Assembly (NCBI GenBank): GCA_964608275.1
Contig: CAZSNL010000006.1
Coordinates: forward strand, 493-59,886
Reading direction: 5' to 3'
Source of the DNA: an uncultured Hyphomicrobiales bacterium
Lineage (GTDB): Bacteria; Pseudomonadota; Alphaproteobacteria; Rhizobiales; CAZSNL01
DNA: 59,394 bases
Under the pieces are notes generated by a model that had not been told where the DNA came from, searched no databases, and was given only the letters and a program-made list of their open reading frames with translations. Made by a program: the position numbers and the translations under genes. The first letter of the stretch is position 1; each line of letters opens with the position of its first letter. Below are positions 20,645-32,278 of this stretch, in pieces.

Positions 20645-21574
20645 TCACGCGGCCGGGTGGAACGGCTTGCCGAGGCAGGCCGGAGCATTGAGCCTGATCC
20701 GCATGGCGTCACGCGAGATCAGGGCGAGGACCAGTACCGTCGCGAGGTAGGGCAAGGTCGCGACGAGGTGCGACGACACGCCGAACCCGATTGCCTGGAT
20801 GTGGAGCGACAGGATCGTGATGCCGCCGAACAGCCAGGCGCCTGCCATGACCGGGAACGGACGCCATGTTGCGAAGACGACCAGCGCAACGGCAATCCAG
20901 CCGCGGCCGGCGGTCATGTTCTCCGCCCACTGCGGCGTGTAGACGAGCGACAGGTAGGCGCCGGCGAGGCCGGACATGGCGCCGCCGAACACGATCGCCA
21001 GAATGCGCACGCGAACCACCGAGTAGCCGATGGCGTGAGCGGCGTCGTGCGACTCGCCGACGGCGCGCAGGACCAGTCCGGAGCGGGTGCGATGGAGGAA
21101 CCAGGCGATGGCGGCGAACAGCACGATGGACAGGTAGATCAGCAGGTCGTGGCGGAACAGCAGCGGGCCGAGCACGGGGATGTCGGCCAGCACGGGAACC
21201 GGCACCGGGCGCAGCCCGTCGATCGGGGTGCCGATGTAGCCGAGGCCGACGAACGCGCTCAGGCCGATGCCGAAGATCGTCAGTGCAAGCCCGGTCGCAA
21301 CCTGGTTAGTGAGCAGGAACTGGGTCAGCACCGCGAAGACCAGCGACATGGCGACCCCTGCGAGACAGGCGGCAAGGACGCCGACGTGGGGACTGCCGGT
21401 AATGACGGTGGCGATGAAGCCGGTCACCGCCCCGACCAGCATCGTGCCCTCGACGCCCAGGTTGAGGACGCCGGACCGTTCGGTGACCAGTTCGCCGAGC
21501 GCCGCCAGCGCCAGCGGCGTCCCGGCCCGGATCGCTCCCGCCAGCACGGCGATGACGGTATCAAGGCCGTCCAT
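20645..21574 (-). CDS. nucleoside ABC transporter permease
   Basis: ERSGVLNLGVEG, LRAVGE, AGRGWIAVALV. Confidence 0.92.
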   Translation of the reverse strand: MDGLDTVIAVLAGAIRAGTPLALAALGELVTERSGVLNLGVEGTMLVGAVTGFIATVITGSPHVGVLAACLAGVAMSLVFAVLTQFLLTNQVATGLALTIFGIGLSAFVGLGYIGTPIDGLRPVPVPVLADIPVLGPLLFRHDLLIYLSIVLFAAIAWFLHRTRSGLVLRAVGESHDAAHAIGYSVVRVRILAIVFGGAMSGLAGAYLSLVYTPQWAENMTAGRGWIAVALVVFATWRPFPVMAGAWLFGGITILSLHIQAIGFGVSSHLVATLPYLATVLVLALISRDAMRIRLNAPACLGKPFHPAA

Positions 21575-22641
21575 GGGCCTCCACCTCGCGGCCGGTGCGA
21601 AGGAGCCGGATCCGGTAGCGGACGAGCACGTCCGATCCGAGTACGAAGAACAGCAGCAGGCCCTGGAACATGCCGGTCACCGCAGGCGGCAGGTTGAGCC
21701 GGATCTGCAATGCCTCGCCGCCCAGGTACATCAGCGACATGAGCAGGCTGGCGAGCAGGATGCCGAACGGATGCAGCCGGCCGAGAAAGGCAACGATGAT
21801 GGCGGCGAAGCCGTACCCCGGCGAGATCAACGGCTGCAGCTGGCCGATCGTGCCGGAGACCTCGACGATGCCGGCAAGGCCCGCCAGACCGCCCGAGATC
21901 AGGAAGCTCGCCACGACCACGCGATTGCGGCTGTACCCGGCGTATGCGGCAGCGGCCGGCGCCTTGCCGACCACGGCGATCCGGAAGCCGGAGAAGGTGC
22001 GCGCGACGTACACCCAGCCGATGGCGAGCGCGATCAGCGCGATGATCACACCGAGGTGGAGGCGCGTTCCGGACACCAGCACCGGCATCAGGCCGTATTC
22101 GCCGAACATCCTCGTCTCGGGAAAATTGAAGCCTTCGGGGCTGCGCCACGGCCCGTGCACCAGATGCCCGAGCACGTGGACGGCGACGTAGCTCAGCATG
22201 AGGCTGGTCAGGATTTCGTTGGCGTTGCACCGGGTCTTGAGAATTGCGGGGACGAGGCCCCACGCCATGCCGCCCAAGGCGCCGGCGACCAGCATGAGCG
22301 GCAGGAGCCACGGCCCCTCGCTGCCCCAGAAGGCGAGTGCGACACCGCCGCCGGCGATGGCGCCCATCGTGAGTTGGCCCTCGGCGCCGATGTTCCACAC
22401 GTTGCCGCGTAAGCCGATCGCAAGGCCGAGGGCGCACAGCAGCAGCGGCGTGGCCTTGATGGCCCATTCGCCGAGGCCGTAGAGGCTCGTCAGCGGGTGC
22501 ACGAAGAATGTGTAGAGGGCGACCAGCGGATCGCGCCCGAGTGCGGAGAACAGTATCAGCCCGGCGAGCACCGTCAGTGCCGCGGCGATCACCGGCGAGG
22601 CATACTGCATGCCGCGCGAGGAGACAGGGCGCGGCTCGAGC

Positions 22642-22652
<11 letters not shown>
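21561..22652 (-). CDS. nucleoside ABC transporter permease
   Basis: WNIGAEGQL, NEILTSLML, GYGFAAIIVAFLGRLHP. Confidence 0.92.
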
Positions 22653-24171
<1,519 letters not shown>

Positions 24172-24347
24172 CCTGTCCCACCTGGAGGTCTGACACCTGG
24201 GTCGGCCTATTACCACGCGAAGCGCCGTTGCGGCAGGCCGGATTTCACCCGCCTCGCCCCGGTCGGCGCCGGCCATCGGCATGGACAGGGCCGGCACGGC
24301 GCACTAGCATCGCCCGCGGCCGGTCAGGGGCAGCGAGGAATTCTCCC

Positions 24348-25601
24348 TTGGTTTCCAACATCCGGACAGATGGTGCGAGGCTGTGGGCCTCGCTGATGGA
24401 GATGGCGCGGATCGGGGCGAACGCGAACGGCGGCGTCAACCGAATCGCGCTGACCGACGAGGACCGCGAGGCGCGCGACCTGTTCACCCGCTGGTGCGAG
24501 GAGGCGGGCTGCACCGTCGCCGTCGACCGGTTCGGCAACATGTTCGCCCGCCGCCCGGGCCGTGACCCGGCGCTGCCGCCGGTGCTGGTGGGCAGCCACC
24601 TCGACAGCCAGCCGACCGGCGGCAAGTTCGACGGCGCGTACGGCGTCCTCGCCGGGCTGGAGATCGTGCGGACGCTCGCCGAAACCGGCACCTGGACGGA
24701 GCGCCCGATCGAGATCGTCAACTGGACCAACGAGGAAGGCGCCATCTACAAGCCGATGATCGGCTCCGAGGTGTTCATCGGGGCAATGCCGCTCGAGCAG
24801 GCCTACGCCATGCCCGACCCGGACGGCCGGCCGCTCGAGGAAGCGCTGGAACGCATCGGGTACCAGGGCGAGGCGGAGCTGTGGGCCTACCCGGTCCATT
24901 GCTACTTCGAAGCGCACATCGAACAGGGGCCGATCCTCGAACGCGAAGGGATCCAGGTCGGCGTGGTGACCGGTGCGGTCGCCCAGCGGTGGTTCTCGCT
25001 GCGCTTCACGGGGCAGGAGGCGCATGCCGGGCCGACGCCGATGGACGGACGCCGCGACGCGCTTGCGGGCGCCGCCGAGGCGGTGCTGGCGGCGCGGGCC
25101 ATCGGCCGAAGCGTTGACGGCGGGCGGGCCACGGTCGGCAGGCTTGCCCCCTATCCCGGCTCGCCCAACGTGATTCCCGGCCGGGTCGACATGACCGTCG
25201 ATTTCCGCCACCAGGACGAGGACACGCTGTCGTCTATGGCGTCCCGGTTCCGCGACGAGGTCGACCGCATCGCCCGCGACAACGGTCTCGAGGCGGAACT
25301 CGCCGAAACCGTGCACATCGCGCGGGTGCCGTTTCATCCCACCCTCGTCGGCCTGGTCCGCGAGGCGGCGGAACGGCTCGGCGTCAGCCACATGGACATC
25401 GTCAGCGGCGCCGGCCACGATGCCTGCAACATGGCCAGGGTCATCCCCACGACGATGGTGTTCGTGCCGTGCGAGAACGGCATCAGCCACAACGAGCGCG
25501 AAAACGCCTCGCCCGCCGATCTCGAAGCCGGCTGCAACGTGCTGCTGCATGCGGTGCTGCGGGCGGCAAGCATGCGCGAGCCGATCGAGATGCAGACATG
25601 A
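24348..25601 (+). CDS. M20-family Zn N-carbamoyl-amino-acid amidohydrolase (beta-ureidopropionase/allantoate amidohydrolase-like)
   Basis: GSHLDSQPTGGKFDG, NEEG, EAHIEQGP, HAGPTPM, SGAGHDA, SHNERE; TTG start after GAGGA. Confidence 0.9.
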   Translation: MVSNIRTDGARLWASLMEMARIGANANGGVNRIALTDEDREARDLFTRWCEEAGCTVAVDRFGNMFARRPGRDPALPPVLVGSHLDSQPTGGKFDGAYGVLAGLEIVRTLAETGTWTERPIEIVNWTNEEGAIYKPMIGSEVFIGAMPLEQAYAMPDPDGRPLEEALERIGYQGEAELWAYPVHCYFEAHIEQGPILEREGIQVGVVTGAVAQRWFSLRFTGQEAHAGPTPMDGRRDALAGAAEAVLAARAIGRSVDGGRATVGRLAPYPGSPNVIPGRVDMTVDFRHQDEDTLSSMASRFRDEVDRIARDNGLEAELAETVHIARVPFHPTLVGLVREAAERLGVSHMDIVSGAGHDACNMARVIPTTMVFVPCENGISHNERENASPADLEAGCNVLLHAVLRAASMREPIEMQT

Positions 25602-27010
25602 GCAGCGCAGGACACAACCGCTACGAGACCAACGCGGTCGACTGGTCGGGCGTCGGCGGGCCGCAGGACGTCTTCAGCGCCCGCCAGCCCGGCTGGCCGC
25701 TGCCGCGCATCGTGCGCGGCGAAGGGATCTATCTGTGGGACGACGGCGGCAACCGGCTGATCGACGTGTCGTCGGGCCCGGTGGCGAGCAATCTCGGCCA
25801 CAACAACCGTCGCGTGGTAGATGCGGTCAGGCGGCAGGTGGAGCGCCTGTCGTTCTCCTACACCCGCGTCAGCCGCACCAACGAGAACATCGCCCTCGCC
25901 GAGCGCATCGCCCGGTTCGCCGGCAACGGCTATGAACGCGCGTACTTCGTCTCCGGCGGCTCCGAGGCCATAGAGGCCGCGATCATGTTCGCGCGACAGC
26001 GTGCCTGGGAGCTCGGCGAGCGTGAACGGACGCGGCTGTTCAGCCTGATGCCGTCGTACCACGGCGGCACCGTCAGTGCGACCATGCTGTCCGGCGACGA
26101 GGGACCGCTCGAAATGTTCGGCACCATGTCGCCACCCTCGGAGAAGATTCCGGCGCCACTCACCTACCGGCCGCCGGACGGGCTGACGCAGGAGGAGAAC
26201 GAGGACCGCTCGATCGCAGCCTTCGAGGAGCGGCTCGCGCAACTCGGTCCGCACACCGTGCTTGCGATCTTCCTCGAGCCGGTCGGTGGGCTTGCCACCG
26301 GCTGCAACGTGCTGTCGGGGCGGTATCTCCGCAGGATCCGCGAAATCTGCGACCGGCACGGCATCCTCATGGTGTTCGATGAGGTAATGTCGGGGGCCGG
26401 CCGTACCGGCCGTTTCCTCACCGCCCACTATCACCGCCACGCGATGCCGGACCTCGTCGTCCTCGCCAAGGGCATCGGCGCCGGCTACGTGCCGTTCGGT
26501 GTCATGCTGGCGCCGGCGGCGATGGTCGATCCGCTAAGCCGCGGCAGCGGCTTCAACTTCGGCCACACCGGCAACGCCAACCCGCTTGCCTGCGCGGTGG
26601 GGCTGGCCGTCCTCGAGGAGATCGAGGAGCGCGGCCTGATGGAGAACGCGAGCCGGGTCGGAGCGCGGCTGGCGGACGGCCTGCGCGGGCTCAAACGCCA
26701 GCTGCCGGTCATCGGCGACGTGCGCGGCATGGGGCTGCTGCTCGCCGTCGAGGTGGTCGCCGATCCGGTGACGAAGCGCCCGTTCCCGCCCGCCAGCAAC
26801 CCGGTGGCGGCGCTCCGCCGCCACGGGCTCGACAACGGGCTGACGATCTACGCCCGCCGCGTGAACGCCGGGCGCAACGGCGACTGGATCATGACGTCGC
26901 CGCCGCTGATCACCACCGAGGCCGAGGCGGACGAGATCGTCGAACGCCTCGGCGCCACCTTCCGCGCCTTCGCCGACGAGGCGGTCCGGGACGGATACGA
27001 GGTCGCCTGA
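25598..27010 (+). CDS. class III PLP aminotransferase
   Basis: SGGSEAIE, SYHGGT, FDEVMSGAGRTG, LAKGIGAG (PLP Lys). Confidence 0.92.
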   Translation: MSSAGHNRYETNAVDWSGVGGPQDVFSARQPGWPLPRIVRGEGIYLWDDGGNRLIDVSSGPVASNLGHNNRRVVDAVRRQVERLSFSYTRVSRTNENIALAERIARFAGNGYERAYFVSGGSEAIEAAIMFARQRAWELGERERTRLFSLMPSYHGGTVSATMLSGDEGPLEMFGTMSPPSEKIPAPLTYRPPDGLTQEENEDRSIAAFEERLAQLGPHTVLAIFLEPVGGLATGCNVLSGRYLRRIREICDRHGILMVFDEVMSGAGRTGRFLTAHYHRHAMPDLVVLAKGIGAGYVPFGVMLAPAAMVDPLSRGSGFNFGHTGNANPLACAVGLAVLEEIEERGLMENASRVGARLADGLRGLKRQLPVIGDVRGMGLLLAVEVVADPVTKRPFPPASNPVAALRRHGLDNGLTIYARRVNAGRNGDWIMTSPPLITTEAEADEIVERLGATFRAFADEAVRDGYEVA

Positions 27011-27795
27011 TGCCAGACCAGGCAGCACGGCCGGTCGCCATCGTCACCGGCAGCGCGACGGGAATCGGCGCCGCCTGCGCCCGACGCCTTGCGGAAGAAG
27101 GCTTCAACGTCGTCATCAACTACACGACGAGCGAGGCCGAAGCGCAGCAGACAGCCGCCGAGTGCCAACGGACCGGCGTCGAAACGCTGGTCGTCAGGGC
27201 CAACGTCGCCGACAACGGCGACTGCCGGCGGCTTGCCGCCGCCGCCGTCGACGCCTGGGGGAGACTCGATGTCCTCGTCAACAATGCGGGCATCACCCGC
27301 TTCGCCCGCCCAGACAATCTGGAAAAGCTCACGCCTGCCGACTTCGCCGACATCTTCGCCGTCAACGTGACCGGTGCCTGGCTGATGACCCGGGCCGCCC
27401 ATCCGCACCTGAAGGCGTCGCCCGTCGCCGCGATCGTGAACGTCTCGTCCCATTCCGGGATATCCGGGATCGGGTCGTCGGTGCCCTATTGCGCCTCCAA
27501 GGGCGCGCTCAACACGATGACGCTCTCGCTTGCGCGGGCGTTTGCCCCGGCGGTCCGCGTCAATGCCGTCTGTCCCGGCTTCGTCGATACCCGCTGGTAC
27601 CGGGGCGCGCTCGACCCGGAGCGGTTCGAGGCGTTCCGCAGCCGCATCCGCGACAACGCCCCGCTGCAACGCGTGGTGCAGCCGGAAGAGGTCGCCGACG
27701 CGGTGGCCTGGCTTGCCTGCAAGGCGACCGCGATCACGGGGCATCTGCTTGTCATCGATGGCGGGACCCATCTGCGCTCCGCCGATCCCACGTGA
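27010..27795 (+). CDS. SDR family oxidoreductase
   Basis: TGSATGIG, NNAG, YCASK. Confidence 0.93.
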   Translation: MPDQAARPVAIVTGSATGIGAACARRLAEEGFNVVINYTTSEAEAQQTAAECQRTGVETLVVRANVADNGDCRRLAAAAVDAWGRLDVLVNNAGITRFARPDNLEKLTPADFADIFAVNVTGAWLMTRAAHPHLKASPVAAIVNVSSHSGISGIGSSVPYCASKGALNTMTLSLARAFAPAVRVNAVCPGFVDTRWYRGALDPERFEAFRSRIRDNAPLQRVVQPEEVADAVAWLACKATAITGHLLVIDGGTHLRSADPT

Positions 27796-27811
27796 CCGAG
27801 GTAGCCGATCC

Positions 27812-28774
27812 ATGTCCGATCCCAGGTACACACCCGTCGATGCGGCGCGAGTGCCGCGGTTTGCCGGCATTGCCACGTTCATGCGAACGCGCGCCCACGA
27901 CATTGCCGACGATCTCGACGTCGCACTCGTCGGGGTGCCGTTCGACATGGGGGTGAACTACCGCCCGGGCGCCCGCCAGGGACCGGCGCAGGTACGCGAG
28001 GTGTCGCGGGTGATCCGGCGCGTTCATCCGACGCTCGGAATCAAGCCGTTCGACATCTGCAACGTCGCCGACGTCGGCGATGCGCCGGTGAACCCGGTCG
28101 ACCTGATGAAGAGCATCGACATGATCGAAGCGTTCTTCGCGCGGATCCACGCCGTCGGCGCGGTGCCGATCGCGATCGGCGGCGACCATACCGTGCCGCT
28201 GCCGGTCCTGCGCGCGATCGCCCGCGAGACGCCGGTGGGCATCGTCCAGTTCGACGCCCACGCCGACACCCTGGACGAGCTGGTCGGGACCCGGTTCAAC
28301 CATGCGACCACGTTCCGCCGCGGGGTCGAGGAAGGGCTGATCGATCCCCGCCGAACGATCCAGATCGGCTTGCGCGGCAGCCGCTTCGGCGACGACGACT
28401 TCCAGTGGGGCCTCGACCAGGGGATGCGCTGCATCACCATCGACGAGTACGAGGATCTCGGCCGGACTGCGGTGATCGAGGAGATGCTGGCCGTCACCGG
28501 AGACGGGCCGGTCTACGTCTCGTTCGACATCGATGCCCTCGACCCCGCGTATGCCATCGGCACCGGGGTGCCCGAGGCCGGCGGGCTGTCGGTGCGGGAC
28601 TGCCAGGTCATGATCCGCGCTCTGCGCGGCAAGCACCTCGTCGGCGCCGACATCTGCGAGGTGGCCCCGGCGCTCGATCCGAGCGGGCATACCGCGCTGA
28701 ATGCCGCGAACCTGATGTTCGAGCTTCTCTGCGTCATTGCCGACTCGGTCGCCAGCCGCAAGCAAGGGGCATGA
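27812..28774 (+). CDS. ureohydrolase (agmatinase/guanidinobutyrase family)
   Basis: GGDHT, DAHAD, SFDIDALDP and GTGVPEAGG metal-binding motifs. Confidence 0.92.
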   Translation: MSDPRYTPVDAARVPRFAGIATFMRTRAHDIADDLDVALVGVPFDMGVNYRPGARQGPAQVREVSRVIRRVHPTLGIKPFDICNVADVGDAPVNPVDLMKSIDMIEAFFARIHAVGAVPIAIGGDHTVPLPVLRAIARETPVGIVQFDAHADTLDELVGTRFNHATTFRRGVEEGLIDPRRTIQIGLRGSRFGDDDFQWGLDQGMRCITIDEYEDLGRTAVIEEMLAVTGDGPVYVSFDIDALDPAYAIGTGVPEAGGLSVRDCQVMIRALRGKHLVGADICEVAPALDPSGHTALNAANLMFELLCVIADSVASRKQGA

Positions 28775-30225
28775 GCGGGCTGCATTTCCAGCCCGCATGC
28801 GAACTCGTCGCCGATCTCAGGGCGCGCCGGATCGGCGCCCGCGAGCTGCTCGAGCACTACCTGGCAAGAATCGAACGGTACAATCCCGCGCTCAACGCGA
28901 TCGTCCACACCGAAATCGATCGGGCAAGGCGGGCTGCCGACCGCGCAGATGCGACACTCGGCGCGGGCTCGGAGGACGGCGCCCTCCTCGGCCTGCCGAT
29001 GACGATCAAGGAGACCTTCGACTGGGCCGGGACACCGTCGACGTGGGGGTTGCCGCACCTCGCCCGCAACATCGCGCAGCGCAATGCGCTCGCTGTCGAC
29101 CGGCTCGAACGGGCCGGTGCCGTCATCCTGGGCAAGACCAACGTCCCCGCCTACCTCGCCGACTGGCAGAGCTACAACGATGTCTACGGCACGACCGCCA
29201 ATCCGTGGGACCCCGCGCGGACCCCGGGCGGGTCGTCGGGAGGCGCGGCTGCAGCGCTCGCGGCCGGCCTGACGGCGCTCGAACTCGGCAGCGACATCGG
29301 CGGATCGATCCGCAACCCGGCGCACTGTTGCGGCGTCTACGGCCACAAGCCCACCTTCGGCATCGTTCCGATGCGCGGCCATGCGCTGCCGGGCATGATG
29401 GCGCCCCAGGACATCGAGGCAGCCGGCCCGCTGGCGCGCAGCGCCGCCGACCTCGCCGCTGCACTTGCGGTCATTGCCGGACCGGATGACGTTGCCGCCC
29501 GCGGCTGGCGCCTCACGCTCGAGCCGTCGCGCGCCACGACGTTCGACGGCCTTCGCATCGCCGTCATGGCAACATGCCCGGTGGCGCCGGTGGACGACAG
29601 CGTCCAGTCGGCGATCGGCGCGCTCGCGGACTTCCTGTCCCGCCGCGGCACCCGGATCAGTGACACGGCTCGGCCGGCCATCGATCCCGCGCGGGCGAGG
29701 GACGTCTACGTGAGCCTTCTGCGCTGTGCGACCGCGCTGCGGTTGACCGACGACGACCACGCCCGCAGCGTCGCGCTCGCCGCCGACCTCGACCCGGACG
29801 ACCGCAGCTACTACGCGCAGATGGTCCGTGCCCACGCCATGTCGCATCGCGACCGGCTGCAACTCGAGGAGGAGCGCCAGCGCATGGCGCTGGCGTGGGC
29901 GGAGTTCTTCGCCGACTGGGATCTCCTCCTCTGCCCCGCCGCGATGACGATCGCCCCGCCGCACGATCACCAGGGTGAACGCTGGCGCCGCACGTTCACC
30001 ATCAACGGCCGAGAGGAGCCGATCACGGACCAGCTTTTCTGGGCCGGCTATCCGGGCTGCTTCTACCTGCCCGCGACGGTGGCGCCGATCGCCCTTTCGG
30101 CCGAGGGGCTGCCGATCGGTGTCCAGGTCGTCGGCCCGCAGTTTGCCGACCTCACGTGCATCGGGTTCGCCGGACTGCTGGAGCGCGAGTACTTCCGGTT
30201 CGTGCCGCCGCCGGGGTACGACTGA
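28771..30225 (+). CDS. amidase-signature family enzyme
   Basis: TIKE Lys, GGSSGG, GSDIGGSIR. Confidence 0.93.
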   Translation: MSGLHFQPACELVADLRARRIGARELLEHYLARIERYNPALNAIVHTEIDRARRAADRADATLGAGSEDGALLGLPMTIKETFDWAGTPSTWGLPHLARNIAQRNALAVDRLERAGAVILGKTNVPAYLADWQSYNDVYGTTANPWDPARTPGGSSGGAAAALAAGLTALELGSDIGGSIRNPAHCCGVYGHKPTFGIVPMRGHALPGMMAPQDIEAAGPLARSAADLAAALAVIAGPDDVAARGWRLTLEPSRATTFDGLRIAVMATCPVAPVDDSVQSAIGALADFLSRRGTRISDTARPAIDPARARDVYVSLLRCATALRLTDDDHARSVALAADLDPDDRSYYAQMVRAHAMSHRDRLQLEEERQRMALAWAEFFADWDLLLCPAAMTIAPPHDHQGERWRRTFTINGREEPITDQLFWAGYPGCFYLPATVAPIALSAEGLPIGVQVVGPQFADLTCIGFAGLLEREYFRFVPPPGYD

Positions 30226-30505
30226 GCCCGGCGGATCACCCGCCTCCCGCGCCGCGCCCGGCCATGTCGCGGGCAAGCCTCAGATGTCGTTTCCGAACCA
30301 TTGGGGGGCACGGCGGTCAATAAACTCTGGAGCGGACCGTCAAGCCGAAAGAGCGGGTCGAGGGGGGAAAGCCGTGACACTTTTTCCGATATTGGGACTT
30401 TCCCTTGCCGGGCTTTTGCGGTCGAATGGGGCAAGCCGCCTTGCAAACGCGGATCAACAGAGACCTCACGTGCCCCTGTGAGGCATTCCGAGGGAGGAAC
30501 CACCC

Positions 30506-32182
30506 ATGTCTGAACGCGAGAACATCTGGATTCCCAAGCTGAAGGAGTACCTTGCGGACGGCAAGATCAGTCGCCGCGAGTTCCTTCGCAACACGACGCT
30601 GCTCGGCATGTCGGCCGCCGCCGCGTACATGTGGGCGGGCAAGATAACCGGCCAGCCAATGATCGCCCCTGCCCGTGCGCAGACGATGCCGAAGGGCGGC
30701 ACGCTCAAGGTCGCGATGCGCATCCCGAAGGTCGACGATCCGCATACCTATTCCTGGATCTATGACTCCAACATCCTGCGGCAGGTGTGCGGATATCTGA
30801 CCCGCACCGGCCACGACAACATCACCCGTCCGCACCTGTTCGAAAGCTGGGAAGCCTCGGACGACCTGAAGACGTGGACCTTCAAGTGCCGCGACGTGAA
30901 ATGGCACAACGGCCGCCAGTTCACGGCCGAGGATGCCGCCGCGAACATCAGGCACTGCCTCGACCCGAACACGGGTTCGTCGGTGGTCGGTCTGCTCAAG
31001 GGCTACATGCTCAACGAGATCGATACCGGGCAGAAGGACGACAAGGGCAACCCGGTGATGACGACCGAGTTGTGGGACGCCAACGCCATCGAGGTGGTCG
31101 ACGACAAGACGCTCAGGCTGAACCTGAAGGAAGCGCAGGTCGCGATTCCCGAGCACCTGTTCCATTATCCCTTCGGCATCGTGGATCCCGAGGAGAACTT
31201 CAAGTTCGGCGTCGGATCGAACGGCACCGAAGCGTTCGAGCTCGTGGAACTGGAAGTCGGCAGCAAGGCCGTGCTGCAGGCCCGCAGCGACTACTACGGC
31301 GAAGGCCCCTACCTCGACCGGATCGAGTTCATTGACCTCGGCGACAACCCTGCCGCCATGGCCGCGGCCGTCGCCTCCCAGCAGGTGCACGGCATCTACG
31401 AGGGCAACGTCGAGCAGATCGACCTGTTCAAGAACATGGACCACGTCAACATCTACGAGGTGGTCACAGCAGACACCGGCGTCGCCCGGGTGCAGGTCAA
31501 CCGGCCTGAGTTCGCCGACCCGCGGGTGCGCAAGGCCATGCGTCTGGCGATCGACTCCGCGGAGGTGCTCAACATCGCCCACCGCGACGTCGGTGCGGTA
31601 GGCGAGCATCACCACGTTTCGCCGATCCATCCCGACTACGCCAAGCTGCCGTTCATGGGCCGCGACGTCGAGCAGGCGAAGAAGCTGCTCGCCGAGGCCG
31701 GCCACCCCGACGGAATCGACATCGAGATCACCTGCAAGCCCGACCCGTCGTGGGAGCTCGCAGCGGTCGAAACCATGGTGTCGCAGTGGAAGGATGCCGG
31801 CATCCGCGTCAACATCAACGTGGTGCCGTCGGCCAAGTTCTGGGAGGTGTGGACCGAGGTTCCGTTCGGGTTCACCTCCTGGGTCCACCGCCCGCTCGGC
31901 TTCATGGCGCTCAGCCTGGCCTACCGTACAGGCGTTCCGTGGAACGAATCCCGGTATTCGAATCCGGAGTTCGACGAACTGCTGACCGTGGCCGAAGGCA
32001 CGCTCGACATCGACAAGCGGCGGGAGGTGCTGGCCGAGCTCGAGAAGATCATGCAGGAGGACGGCCCGATCTGCCAGCCGATGTGGCGGTCGCTCTACGT
32101 CGCCTACGACAAGAAGGTCAAGGGCTTCCAGATGCACCCGACGCGGTACATCTTCGGCGAGCAGATCGCCATCGAGAGCTGA
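30506..32182 (+). CDS. peptide/nickel-type (family 5) ABC substrate-binding protein with Tat signal
   Basis: SRREFL twin-arginine motif, WHNGRQFTAED, VRKAMRLAID; SD GGAGG. Confidence 0.9.
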   Translation: MSERENIWIPKLKEYLADGKISRREFLRNTTLLGMSAAAAYMWAGKITGQPMIAPARAQTMPKGGTLKVAMRIPKVDDPHTYSWIYDSNILRQVCGYLTRTGHDNITRPHLFESWEASDDLKTWTFKCRDVKWHNGRQFTAEDAAANIRHCLDPNTGSSVVGLLKGYMLNEIDTGQKDDKGNPVMTTELWDANAIEVVDDKTLRLNLKEAQVAIPEHLFHYPFGIVDPEENFKFGVGSNGTEAFELVELEVGSKAVLQARSDYYGEGPYLDRIEFIDLGDNPAAMAAAVASQQVHGIYEGNVEQIDLFKNMDHVNIYEVVTADTGVARVQVNRPEFADPRVRKAMRLAIDSAEVLNIAHRDVGAVGEHHHVSPIHPDYAKLPFMGRDVEQAKKLLAEAGHPDGIDIEITCKPDPSWELAAVETMVSQWKDAGIRVNINVVPSAKFWEVWTEVPFGFTSWVHRPLGFMALSLAYRTGVPWNESRYSNPEFDELLTVAEGTLDIDKRREVLAELEKIMQEDGPICQPMWRSLYVAYDKKVKGFQMHPTRYIFGEQIAIES

Positions 32183-32220
32183 TCGGGTCCGGCCCAGCCG
32201 GCCGTTGGATCAACCGGATC

Positions 32221-32250
32221 GCCCCTCCGTCCGTCGACGGAGGGGCTTTT
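32221..32250 (+). terminator. intrinsic terminator
   Basis: GCCCCTCCGTC-CGTC-GACGGAGGGGC followed by TTTT. Confidence 0.8.
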
Positions 32251-32278
32251 CCGTGTCCGGTTCGTCCACCGGCGGCGG

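Noticed and set aside
24172-24347. Guanidine riboswitch or sigma54 promoter before the ureohydrolase operon
   Set aside because: No paired ACGR hairpins or ykkC consensus seen; the GGCAC candidate has wrong -24/-12 spacing.
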